Assembly: GCA_963778115.1 (NCBI GenBank)
Contig: CAVZSV010000004.1
Location: 1,504,001 to 1,568,000 of the forward strand
Origin: an uncultured delta proteobacterium
GTDB taxonomy: Bacteria; Bdellovibrionota; FAC87; UBA2466
Reading direction: 5' to 3'
DNA: 64,000 nucleotides
A model generated the notes under the pieces. That model did no database searches. It worked only from the letters and a program-made list of their open reading frames with translations, and was not told where the DNA came from. Position 1 is the first letter of the stretch. The number at the start of each line of letters is the position of its first letter. Both the position numbers and the translations under genes were made by a program. Below are positions 49,448 through 58,563 of the stretch, piece by piece.

Positions 49448-50344
49448 CTATTTTTTCTGGTCGAAGAGCGTAACTCCAGCCCATAACCGAATCAGCCCGT
49501 CATCTTTAAGGAACGAAACTTCGACAAGGCTGCGCTTGGGATCAAAAGTGACATCTGCCCGATACTGAGATCCCCCTGCTGTAGTAACGCCGGAACGCGA
49601 TACCATGTCCCCAAGCCCAACGGAAACGTCCTTGCCTATAGGACCTTCCACCGCCACCTTTTTAGAATCGAAAGCAGGCTCGGTACTTCCAGGTAACTGG
49701 TCTTTGCTAAAGTTGACCGCAATTTTAAACAGATTATTTCGCCCATTGACGATTTCGATTAAAGTAAGATCGGTCGTCTTAGGTTCCCAGCTATCCAGCA
49801 AAGCGCCGATTCTTGCTGGATCCTTTTTGGATTTCTTATCTCCCAACATAAGAAAGGTATTTACCCCTCGAAACGTCGTGATGTTTACGACCGCCACCCC
49901 TGAATATTTTCCCTGTTCCTTATTGATGTCGATCTTCACATTTCCACAAGAGGCGTCAGCGCACTGAATTTTCGCACTCTGTTTGGGGACCTCTCTGTTC
50001 GTTAGAATTCCCGTCCCATCGGCAGCAATGGTTCCCAGCAATCCTGAAATAAAAGTACTGTACGGAAGGCCTTTATCATCCAGCTTGTCGAAGTCATAGT
50101 ATCCATAATTTAGAGTAGCGGAACGATCTTTGGGATTAAACTCGAAGGTTAAACTCTGAAGGCTTTGAGAAAAAGTCGTTATCGATTCGAAGTCTTTCTT
50201 GGTCGTCAAATCTCCGGCAACTGGCAAGGCGGAGTTAGTCCCGCGGTGAGAAAGGGCCGAAGGCTCTCCGCATCCTCCTACAACGCCCAGAAACAGTATC
50301 AAACCTATCGAGCTCGACAACTTATTAGACATCTTTGACATCAC
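49448..50344 (-). CDS. Putative lipoprotein
   Basis: Lipobox-like VGGC, GAGGTG RBS. Confidence 0.6.
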   Translation of the reverse strand: MMSKMSNKLSSSIGLILFLGVVGGCGEPSALSHRGTNSALPVAGDLTTKKDFESITTFSQSLQSLTFEFNPKDRSATLNYGYYDFDKLDDKGLPYSTFISGLLGTIAADGTGILTNREVPKQSAKIQCADASCGNVKIDINKEQGKYSGVAVVNITTFRGVNTFLMLGDKKSKKDPARIGALLDSWEPKTTDLTLIEIVNGRNNLFKIAVNFSKDQLPGSTEPAFDSKKVAVEGPIGKDVSVGLGDMVSRSGVTTAGGSQYRADVTFDPKRSLVEVSFLKDDGLIRLWAGVTLFDQKK

Positions 50345-50485
50345 TCACCTCCCGCTTTCACGTCTGCAATGGGAATAAATTCGGTTCACTCTGATTTAAT
50401 GCTGAACCTCTTATACTGGAGAGAAAATACATTCAACTGAGAAATGGGGAAGGATGGCTTGCCGTGCAAAGCCGCTGGCAAAGCA

Positions 50486-50570
50486 TGGTGCTCCGAGAGA
50501 GACTCGAACTCTCACAGGTTTCCCTATACGGTCCTGAGCCGTACGCGTCTACCAATTCCGCCATCGGAGC
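50486..50570 (-). tRNA. tRNA-Leu(CAG)
   Basis: GCTCCGA acceptor stem, TGGCGGAATTGGTAGACGC D arm, TACGG-CTCAGGA-CCGTA anticodon arm, long variable arm, GTTCGAGT, encoded CCA; 85 nt. Confidence 0.96.
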
Positions 50571-50654
50571 TTTTATCAGGCGTTCCTTTCAAGGATACTG
50601 AACCCTGGGATTATGTAGCTGTTTTGTCGTTATTTGTCTATTATGCTTCGCTAA

Positions 50655-51350
50655 ATGGCGAAACGCGGCAAAACAGGCTACTTCCTTTCCTTCGAAGGCG
50701 GCGAGGGCTCCGGAAAATCGACCCAGATGCGCAGGCTAGTCTGCTGGCTCGAATCCGAAGGAATGTCGGTCATCGTCAGTAAAGAGCCTGGCGGAACGGA
50801 AATCGGGAGAAAGATCCGTGAAATCTTGCTCAATCCCGAAACCAAAGGGCTAACCTCCCGCTCGGAGCTCCTTCTTTACGAAGCCGACCGGGCTCAACAT
50901 GCCGAAGAGGTTTTGCGCCCCGCTCTTAAGGCCCGCAAAATTATCGTTAGCGACCGATTCGCTGACTCTTCCACGGTGTACCAGGGAATCTGCCGAAACT
51001 TAGGTGTCGATTGGGTTGAAAAGCTTAATGACTTTGCCACCGAGGGGATCGAACCGAATCTGGTTCTCCTTCTCGATTTACCGGAAGACATTGGACTGAA
51101 GCGGATTCGAACCCGTCTTAAAACCGACGTTTGGCTCGGGGGAGTGCGTCGAAAAGTAAAACTCGATAGGCTCGATGGTGAGAAGCGTTCCTTCCACCGA
51201 GCCGTTCGCCGAGGGTTCTTACTACTGGCTAAGAGATACCCCCGGCGCTTTATCGTACTTGACGCGCGCCGTTCGGAAGACGAACTAGCCCAGGAGATTC
51301 AATCTCTGGTAAAAGCAAAATTGAAGGGAAAAGGGCTTTGGGGCAGTTAA
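50655..51350 (+). CDS. tmk: Thymidylate kinase
   Basis: FEGGEGSGKST, EPGG, ADRAQH, DRF...YQG. Confidence 0.95.
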   Translation: MAKRGKTGYFLSFEGGEGSGKSTQMRRLVCWLESEGMSVIVSKEPGGTEIGRKIREILLNPETKGLTSRSELLLYEADRAQHAEEVLRPALKARKIIVSDRFADSSTVYQGICRNLGVDWVEKLNDFATEGIEPNLVLLLDLPEDIGLKRIRTRLKTDVWLGGVRRKVKLDRLDGEKRSFHRAVRRGFLLLAKRYPRRFIVLDARRSEDELAQEIQSLVKAKLKGKGLWGS

Positions 51351-52150
51351 GCGAAAATAGCCTAGGGATCGAAGGAAATGCAGAAGCTCAGAAGCGGCTG
51401 CGCCTTTATTTAGCAGGAGGGCGAATACATCCCGCGGCTATCTTAGTGGGACCCTCTTCCGCCCAGAAACTTCAACTCACCAAGAACATTGCTAAGTTTC
51501 TGCTCTGTACGAAAAGAACCCACAAAGGATTTTGCGATCAGTGTTCCACTTGCGACAGAATCCAAAGAGATACTCATCCCGATGTCATCGTCTGGACGGA
51601 TACTTCAGAAGACGTCATTAAGATCGATACCGTCCGTGACCTTTGTCATCAGATGACTCTCACACCGGTCGAAGGGAATGTTCGTATCTGCATCATCGAC
51701 GAATGCCATCGGATGAACGCCTCTGCCGCCAACGCATTTTTAAAAACTTTGGAAGAGCCTGGTCCGGGAAGATTCTTCTGGCTTTTGACTTCGCAAATGA
51801 GCTCTTTGTTGCCCACATTGCTCTCGCGATGTCTTAAGTTTATTTTAAAACCTGAAGTTACTGATCCCAAAGCGAGCGATTACGATCCGACGGCGGAAAA
51901 AAGAATTCTAGAGTTTTTGAAGGACAAGAATGTGTCTGAAACCGTTCTGGCCTTAGATGACAAAGAATCTGCCTTGGCGTTTGTCACTCAGCTCCAAACT
52001 TATCTTAGAAACCAGGTCATCTCTTCCAAACACTATTTCAACTATACGGCACTCAACCAGTTTGAAGAGGCCGTGGCTTTGGAGGCCCGTTTGCGTTCAA
52101 ACGCTAACTACGGTTTAATGTTGGAAAGTTTCTTGATTCAGAACTTCTGA
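51338..52150 (+). CDS. holB: DNA polymerase III delta' subunit
   Basis: Zn motif C..CDQCSTC, HPD, AANAFLKTLEEP, LPTLLSRC; lies between tmk and metG. Confidence 0.88.
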   Translation: MGQLSENSLGIEGNAEAQKRLRLYLAGGRIHPAAILVGPSSAQKLQLTKNIAKFLLCTKRTHKGFCDQCSTCDRIQRDTHPDVIVWTDTSEDVIKIDTVRDLCHQMTLTPVEGNVRICIIDECHRMNASAANAFLKTLEEPGPGRFFWLLTSQMSSLLPTLLSRCLKFILKPEVTDPKASDYDPTAEKRILEFLKDKNVSETVLALDDKESALAFVTQLQTYLRNQVISSKHYFNYTALNQFEEAVALEARLRSNANYGLMLESFLIQNF

Positions 52151-52164
52151 TGCCATGCTAAAGT

Positions 52165-53730
52165 ATGAATGACCCTTACTACATCACGACTCCCATTTAC
52201 TATGTGACCGATGTCCCCCATATCGGCCATCTGTACACGACTTTGGCTGCCGATATCATGGCGCGCTATCAGCGAATGCGCGGTAAAGACGTCTGGTTTT
52301 TGACCGGGACTGACGAGCACGGACAGAAGATCCAAAAGAAGGCTAAAGAGCAAAACCTAACGCCTCAACAACTCGCGGACAAAGTCGTTGAGCGATACAA
52401 AGAGGCGTGGAAATTTTACGACATCACTTACAACGATTTCATCCGCACGACCGAAGAACGCCATAAGAAGGTGGTAACTGGGTTCATGAAGCAGCTCATG
52501 GACAGCGGCGACATTTACTTAAGCGAGTACGAAGGGTGGTACTGCGTTCCCGACGAGAGTTATTGGACGGAAACTCAAGTCGTGGACGGAAAGTGCCCTG
52601 ATTGCGGCAGACCCGTCGAGAAGCTTAAAGAAGAGAGTTACTTCTTTCGAATGTCAGCCTATTCAGACAAACTTCTCAAACATATCGAAGCTAATCCCAA
52701 GTTCATTATGCCTGAGACGCGCAAGAACGAAGTCTTGGGTTTCATCAAGCAGGGATTAAAAGATATCAGTATCAGCCGAACGACCATCCAGTGGGGCATC
52801 CCGATGCCCGCCGATCCCAAGGCTAAGAAAGCCCATTGTGTTTATGTATGGTTTGACGCGCTCACCAACTACATTTCGGCTTTGAATCCAGATGCTAAGG
52901 ATTCTAAATTCGAAAAGTTTTGGCCTCATGCCATTCATCTCGTTGGTAAAGACATTTTGAGATTTCATGCCGTTTACTGGCCCACCTTCTTGATGGCGTT
53001 AAAATTACCGTTGCCCCAACACATCATCGCTCACGGCTGGCTCACCGATGCAAACCGTAAGATTAGCAAGTCACTGGGCAACGTCATCGACCCCATCGCT
53101 CTTGCAAAAGAGGTAGGGCTTGAGGGGGTCCGCTATTTTCTGTTCCGCGAATTCGTTTTTGGAATGGACGGCGAATACACCAAAGAAGTGGTGTACCAAA
53201 GAATCAATTCGGATCTGGCCAATGATTACGGAAATTGTGTGAACCGTTTGGCTACCATGATCGAGAAGTATTTGGGCAGTGATCCCATCGAGGTGAGCAA
53301 GCTACTCGGTGGGGATTGCGAGTTAAAAGCCTCGGTCACGGAGAATGCCCCGGCCTTTCATGCGGCCCTTGTGGATTTTAGTTTTAATCGAGCTCTAGAA
53401 AGTGCTTGGAAAATTATTTCCGCCGTTAACCGGTACATCGAATCCAACGCTCCTTGGGCACTCGCCAAGTCTGCCGCTCCCGGTGATAAGGAAAAACTGG
53501 CCCAGATTCTCATCCACTGTCATGAAAGCCTTCGTGTGGTTTCCGTTCTGGTCCTACCCTTTTTGCCTATTGCGGCTGAAAAGGCTTTGGGTTATCTGGG
53601 AGCCAGTGATTGTTTAAAATCTAAAACCCCAATGGAGTTCGCCGAATGGGGTAAAGGGCCTGACAAGGTCTCGCCCCGAAAAGGAGACCCCCTCTTCCCA
53701 CGATTGGAATGGAAGCCACCGCCTACATAG
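52165..53730 (+). CDS. metG: Methionyl-tRNA synthetase (short form, no C-terminal tRNA-binding domain)
   Basis: YITTPIYY, HIGH, GTDEHG, YVWFDAL, KISKS, LFPR. Confidence 0.96.
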   Translation: MNDPYYITTPIYYVTDVPHIGHLYTTLAADIMARYQRMRGKDVWFLTGTDEHGQKIQKKAKEQNLTPQQLADKVVERYKEAWKFYDITYNDFIRTTEERHKKVVTGFMKQLMDSGDIYLSEYEGWYCVPDESYWTETQVVDGKCPDCGRPVEKLKEESYFFRMSAYSDKLLKHIEANPKFIMPETRKNEVLGFIKQGLKDISISRTTIQWGIPMPADPKAKKAHCVYVWFDALTNYISALNPDAKDSKFEKFWPHAIHLVGKDILRFHAVYWPTFLMALKLPLPQHIIAHGWLTDANRKISKSLGNVIDPIALAKEVGLEGVRYFLFREFVFGMDGEYTKEVVYQRINSDLANDYGNCVNRLATMIEKYLGSDPIEVSKLLGGDCELKASVTENAPAFHAALVDFSFNRALESAWKIISAVNRYIESNAPWALAKSAAPGDKEKLAQILIHCHESLRVVSVLVLPFLPIAAEKALGYLGASDCLKSKTPMEFAEWGKGPDKVSPRKGDPLFPRLEWKPPPT

Positions 53731-54494
53731 ATACCCACGCTCATTTGTCCATGCTCACCCATGCTCCAATGCCTGAGATTTTGGAACGGGCAAAATTAGC
53801 CCATATCGGCAAGATGGTTAACGTCTCCACCGACGAATCCAATTGGAAAGCCTGTCATGAATTGGCGTTGGCAAACGATCATATTTTTTCAGCACTCGGA
53901 GTACATCCCCACGAAGCGCACAAGTGGAAGCAATGGAAGCCTTTGTTAGAAAAGTGGTTCTCTAACGACATCCCTCCAAAGAAATGCGTGGGAATTGGAG
54001 AGACAGGACTCGATTTTCACTACTCTCTTTCACCCAGGCAAGCGCAAATCGAGTCTTTCGAAGATCAGGTGCGCCTCGCAAAGAGAACTTCGCTTCCTCT
54101 AATTATCCATTGTCGTAACGCTTTTCCTGAGCTTTTTGCTTCGCTAAAAGCGGTGGGAATGGGGAAGCGGACCGGAGTTTTGCACTGCTTTACGGGAACG
54201 TATGAAGAAGCAAAGAAAGGGTTGGATTTTGGACTAAAGATCTCTTTTTCCGGGATTCTCTCTTTCAAGAATGCTACCGACTTACGCGACACAGCGAGCA
54301 AATTACCCGTCTCGGAGCTTCTTGTTGAAACGGACTGCCCCTATCTGGCTCCCATCCCTTTTCGGGGAAAGCCCAACGAGCCTAGCTATCTCCCCGAAAC
54401 CGCCAAAATACTGGCTGCCCAACTGAAAATTGGATTGCCGGAGCTAGCCGATAAGCTCTGGGCAACGTCGATAGCCTTCTTCGGCCTCAATTAA
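53709..54494 (+). CDS. tatD: TatD-family nuclease (YcfH-like)
   Basis: DTHAH, GVHPH, GETGLD, IHCR, LHCF, ETDCPY. Confidence 0.93.
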   Translation: MEATAYIDTHAHLSMLTHAPMPEILERAKLAHIGKMVNVSTDESNWKACHELALANDHIFSALGVHPHEAHKWKQWKPLLEKWFSNDIPPKKCVGIGETGLDFHYSLSPRQAQIESFEDQVRLAKRTSLPLIIHCRNAFPELFASLKAVGMGKRTGVLHCFTGTYEEAKKGLDFGLKISFSGILSFKNATDLRDTASKLPVSELLVETDCPYLAPIPFRGKPNEPSYLPETAKILAAQLKIGLPELADKLWATSIAFFGLN

Positions 54495-54527
54495 AAAAAA
54501 CGGAATGTCCTATGATAGACTGTTCCC

Positions 54528-55445
54528 ATGGAACGCGTCCTTATCCTGGGTGCCTCTAGTTTTGTAGGTGTGAACCTAGCTTTTGCCTTACGCGAAAAGT
54601 ACCGGGTATTGGGAACGTATTGCAAACACGTGCCCCGTATCGATGGGATTCAAACTTTCCGTTTTGATATTAACCAGACGTCTGAGATCCCGGAATTCAT
54701 CAAATCCCTAGAGCCTGACGCCGTCGTTTACTGCTCCGCCGTCATCGACGACAGAGAATGCAGCCGCGACGCCGTGCAAGCATTGTTCGTAAATTCGCAA
54801 GCCCCCTATATCATCGCGCAAGTGATGCGAAAGCTGGAAAAGAGATTGATCTATCTCTCCACTTCTAAGGTATTTGATGGCACACAGGGAAACTACACGG
54901 AAGAGGATGAAGCGCGTCCCCAAAATCTTTACGGCAGCATGAAGTTACACGCCGAAGAACAGCTCTCGCATTTCGAAAACGTCTTTGTCTTGCGGTTGGG
55001 AACCATCTTTGGAATGGGAAGTTCCGGTCAGAAATCGGTGATCCTCAATAGACTCTTGTGGGACCTTTGGGACAAAAAACCCATTAAAGTCATTGCCGAC
55101 GAATTTAGAAGCTTTACTTCAGCACTAGAGGTCGCGCGCGCCATCGAAACTACCTTAGGCGCCCGGGCAGAGAAGGCAGGCCTGTATCACTTGGCTACTC
55201 GGGAAAAGCATACCTACTTCTCGTTCGCCAAAGAGATAGCCTCGCTCTTTGGGATCGAGGATGCCAAGGTAAATCCTATTTCGGGAAGTGAATTTTCTGG
55301 CGAGATGGCAAAAAGCGGCGGCTCCCGAGGCGCCGATCTCACTTTAAATGGAAGTCTGTTTGAAAAAACTTTCGGAGTCACTTTGCAAGGGCTGACTCCT
55401 TCGCTATTAACTATTCGAAATGCGATTCGAACGGGACAGATGTAG
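54528..55445 (+). CDS. RmlD-like NDP-sugar reductase (extended SDR)
   Basis: GASSFVG, YLST..VFDG, YGSMK. Confidence 0.8.
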   Translation: MERVLILGASSFVGVNLAFALREKYRVLGTYCKHVPRIDGIQTFRFDINQTSEIPEFIKSLEPDAVVYCSAVIDDRECSRDAVQALFVNSQAPYIIAQVMRKLEKRLIYLSTSKVFDGTQGNYTEEDEARPQNLYGSMKLHAEEQLSHFENVFVLRLGTIFGMGSSGQKSVILNRLLWDLWDKKPIKVIADEFRSFTSALEVARAIETTLGARAEKAGLYHLATREKHTYFSFAKEIASLFGIEDAKVNPISGSEFSGEMAKSGGSRGADLTLNGSLFEKTFGVTLQGLTPSLLTIRNAIRTGQM

Positions 55446-55459
55446 CTAAAAGACCTTTC

Positions 55460-56431
55460 TTAAACCTTCTGTCGCAGTCTTCGAACCCAAAGTAATAATC
55501 CGGCGGCAACTCCCCAGCCAGTAGCCGCAAAAGGAATCCAGAGCGAATCAGAACTTGCCGTGGAGGCCCTGGCCACCAGTCTGCCCGGTTGATCTTCAGG
55601 AACGTTTTCGATAGGAACCTGTATCCCTTCTTGAGAAGGCAAAACTTCAGAACTCTCCGCCGCGATTAACCGCGTGGGCTGCCTTGATTTTGTTTGCCAG
55701 AGATAGCTCCACATTCGTCTGGCAAGGTTTTCCCAAGGGCTTCGATCTCGATTAGGGTCTATCACGATGCGCGCTAAAGTAGCTCCAGTCACTACAGTAT
55801 TCGGCTTTTTGGTTTCGTTCTCTCTCGAGGAATCCGGCCACAAGAGATTCATCGCGGTAATTTCTTTAGGCCGGTTGTCGTTGGTCACATTCTCAGGTTC
55901 AACCTCAACTTTACTGGAACTTCTATCGGCGCCCTGAATCGAATTTTTCTCACCGCCATTCGTAGGAATGCTATTCACTACGGTAACGTTGGGAGCTGAG
56001 ACGTTGATGACAGGTGCCATCACCCCAGCATTTCCCCTCGCTGGAAGTTGTCCAGCGTTCAACGCATATGCGCCAGAACTGGTCTGAGATCCAGAACCGG
56101 TGGCAGTCATCTGAGTGACGACCTGTCGAGTAACAATGACTTGTCTAATATTGGATTCTGTTTTGGTCTTATCCGCGGCAATTCTAGAATTGTCATCAGC
56201 TTCCCATTGACGCAGTAGATGATCGTAAATGAGAGCGTCGGTACCCACACTCGGCGAATCCGATTCTCCGGAAGCCGAAGGTTCCGAGGGAACGGCGGGT
56301 AAATAGCTATCGGCCCCGTCATCCATGCTGGGCGGAGGGGCTCCGTGTTCGGCGATAGCCGTCGTGGGGAAGGCCATACCGAAAGCGACGACCACGAAAG
56401 CGATGACGATTTTATTAAAACACGACGACAT
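55460..56431 (-). CDS. Exported low-complexity protein with C-terminal membrane anchor
   Basis: Signal peptide from MSSCF ending AIA; C-terminal LWIPFAATGWGVAAGLLLWVRRLRQKV. Confidence 0.6.
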   Translation of the reverse strand: MSSCFNKIVIAFVVVAFGMAFPTTAIAEHGAPPPSMDDGADSYLPAVPSEPSASGESDSPSVGTDALIYDHLLRQWEADDNSRIAADKTKTESNIRQVIVTRQVVTQMTATGSGSQTSSGAYALNAGQLPARGNAGVMAPVINVSAPNVTVVNSIPTNGGEKNSIQGADRSSSKVEVEPENVTNDNRPKEITAMNLLWPDSSRENETKKPNTVVTGATLARIVIDPNRDRSPWENLARRMWSYLWQTKSRQPTRLIAAESSEVLPSQEGIQVPIENVPEDQPGRLVARASTASSDSLWIPFAATGWGVAAGLLLWVRRLRQKV

Positions 56432-56854
56432 TACCAAACCTCTTATAGGAGGGAATTGCATATGAGCGGCCAAGTAAGGTGCGCTAGGCAAGCCAAGTGA
56501 AGACCGCCAATTGTGAAGGTGGAATACGAAAGGGAATCTATTTGTTTGAGATGTATTCCTTTTGTGGCTTTTTCACGGAAGCCCTCGGCTTGAATTCTGG
56601 GACGCTGTATACAACGGCTATGCACAAACTAGACAGCCGAAGTCGCATTTTATTTATATTGCCTCATAGTTTCAGAAACTTATCCCATCGTATTTCGGCC
56701 GTACCCGCCAAGAGTTAGGGGTCAGCCATGCTAAGTCCCCCGAATTCCAAGGATCGCATTGAAAATGAACAAACACTGTCAAAAAAGCTGACGAACCAAA
56801 GCGGAAAATGGGGGAAAACGCCCTGGAAATATCCGACTTTTTCGAAGGGGCTAC

Positions 56855-56870
56855 TGGCCCGGTGGTTGCA
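56855..56870 (+). promoter_or_regulatory. sigma54 promoter of the lytic transglycosylase gene
   Basis: TGGCCCGGTGGTTGCA, GG-N10-GC. Confidence 0.55.
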
Positions 56871-56967
56871 ACGTTTAGGGGTGACGCCTGAAATTGCTTG
56901 TATACACCCGACCGGGGAACTAGGCCCGGCTCTAGAAAGATTAATGATAAAGAACTAGAGAGAACTC

Positions 56968-57832
56968 ATGATGACGAAAGTTTTCAAAAATTCGCTCCTT
57001 GGAACTATCGCCGCTTTGATGCTCACCTTATCAGGTTCCAGCTTTGCTCAGAAATTTCACTTGTCAGGAATTGAGATGGAAGAGGTGATTCATATCGCCA
57101 ACGCCATCAACGTCGTTAATCCTCACTTGGATGACGGTAAGTATTTGGAATATGCCGTAGGTATCCATCGCGCTGCGGTAAAGTACGCAATTGAGCCCAC
57201 TATCTTAATCGCCATCGCCCAACAAGAGACCGGCTTCCGAGAAAATCTTCCGGAAGGAGCCGCAGGCGAGATCGGAATCATTCAAATCCGCAAGATGTGG
57301 CTGAAGAACGCGAAATTCCTGAGCGAGTTTCATCGCCAGTCTATTGTAAGATCTTAAGAAACCATCGAAGAGTTTTCTGTTCGCGGCCTGGATCCTAAAA
57401 GGACTTCGGACTCAAATTGCCGCCAACGCCACCTTACCTTATTGGTCTTATTACAACTCAGTACGGTTCGAAAACCGATTCAAGTACTTTTTGGCGGTTA
57501 ATAAGAACATCGCGACCCTTCGTCGGTTTGATAACTCCGATTGGGATTCTCGCATGATTGCCGCAGCCGAAAATCGCGTTCCTGCCGCTTCAAATCAGCC
57601 CGTAGCGGTGAAGGTAGCTCAATTATCCCGCTCGGTCCAAGCGGCACCGGCGGCTCAAGTTCAACCCTCTAGAGATAGAGAGGGTGAAATTCCTGCTGGC
57701 GACCGATGGATTCCCGATGCCATTCGTAAAATCCAACAGCGCCAAGACAAACGGCAATCCAACCCGTCGTTGTTACGAACGGCAGAAGAATTGGATTTAG
57801 CCACTATGTTTAGTCCCGCGCTTCAAGACTAA
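56968..57832 (+). pseudogene. Secreted SLT-domain lytic transglycosylase split by a 1-bp insertion at ~57347 (possibly an assembly error)
   Basis: IAIAQQETGF, GEIGIIQI; deleting T57347 gives IEDLKKP...AAWIL...YWSYYNS and joins ORF 57491..57832. Confidence 0.75.
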
Positions 57833-57840
57833 AAATATTC

Positions 57841-58479
57841 TCAACTAAAAAACGGATTGGTTCTCTTTTCTATTCCCACGGAAGTGCTCGGCCCATGCCC
57901 AGGATGGACAGGCAAATCTTCTTCCAAAACAAAAAGCCTATCGCGTACGGCCTGAAGCAATTGTTCGGTGTTACCGCCCCAAAGATCGGTGCGACCGATG
58001 CTTTGCTGAAATAGCGTATCTCCGGAAAAGAGCATCTCCTTACCGGAAAGAATACGAAAACAGATTCCTCCAGGGCTGTGGCCTGGGGTATGAATGACCT
58101 GAAGCTTGTGTATCCCAAAGACAATCTCCTCTTCGTCTTCGAGAAAGCGATCGATGGGGGCACCCGCTTCGAGCGGAATTCCGAACATGCGTCCCTGGAG
58201 CGGCAGATTTTGGTAAATAATCTCGTCCGCCTTATGGAGGCACAGCGGGACTGAGAATGTCTCTTTCAATAGCTTCGATCCGCCCACATGATCGAAGTGG
58301 GCGTGCGTGTGCAGCACATATTTGGGAGTTAGACCGCGAGCCCGAATGGCCGATACAATCCGTGGCCCTTCATCGCCAGGATCGATAATGACGGCTTCCT
58401 TGGTCTTTTCACAAGCCAAAATGGCGCAATTGCACTGGAGAGGGCCGACGACAAGTTGTTCGTAGATCATGGAATCCAC
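57841..58479 (-). CDS. MBL-fold metallo-hydrolase (glyoxalase II/YcbL-like)
   Basis: THAHFDH, TPGHSPG, SGDTLF, GRTDL, PGHG. Confidence 0.92.
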   Translation of the reverse strand: MDSMIYEQLVVGPLQCNCAILACEKTKEAVIIDPGDEGPRIVSAIRARGLTPKYVLHTHAHFDHVGGSKLLKETFSVPLCLHKADEIIYQNLPLQGRMFGIPLEAGAPIDRFLEDEEEIVFGIHKLQVIHTPGHSPGGICFRILSGKEMLFSGDTLFQQSIGRTDLWGGNTEQLLQAVRDRLFVLEEDLPVHPGHGPSTSVGIEKRTNPFFS

Positions 58480-58563
58480 CTCGGAGAAGTTTTAATCAAA
58501 AATAGGGCGGAACGCCATAAAGTTCTCTTTAATTAGACGACATCGTGCCATAAGATCGGCCCC

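Noticed and set aside
50444..50782. 112-aa ORF
   Set aside because: It runs antisense through tRNA-Leu and overlaps tmk out of frame
56480..56497. sigma54-like TGGCTTGCCTAGCGCA upstream of the 55460 gene
   Set aside because: GG-N10-GC spacing is right but the TTGC element is poor
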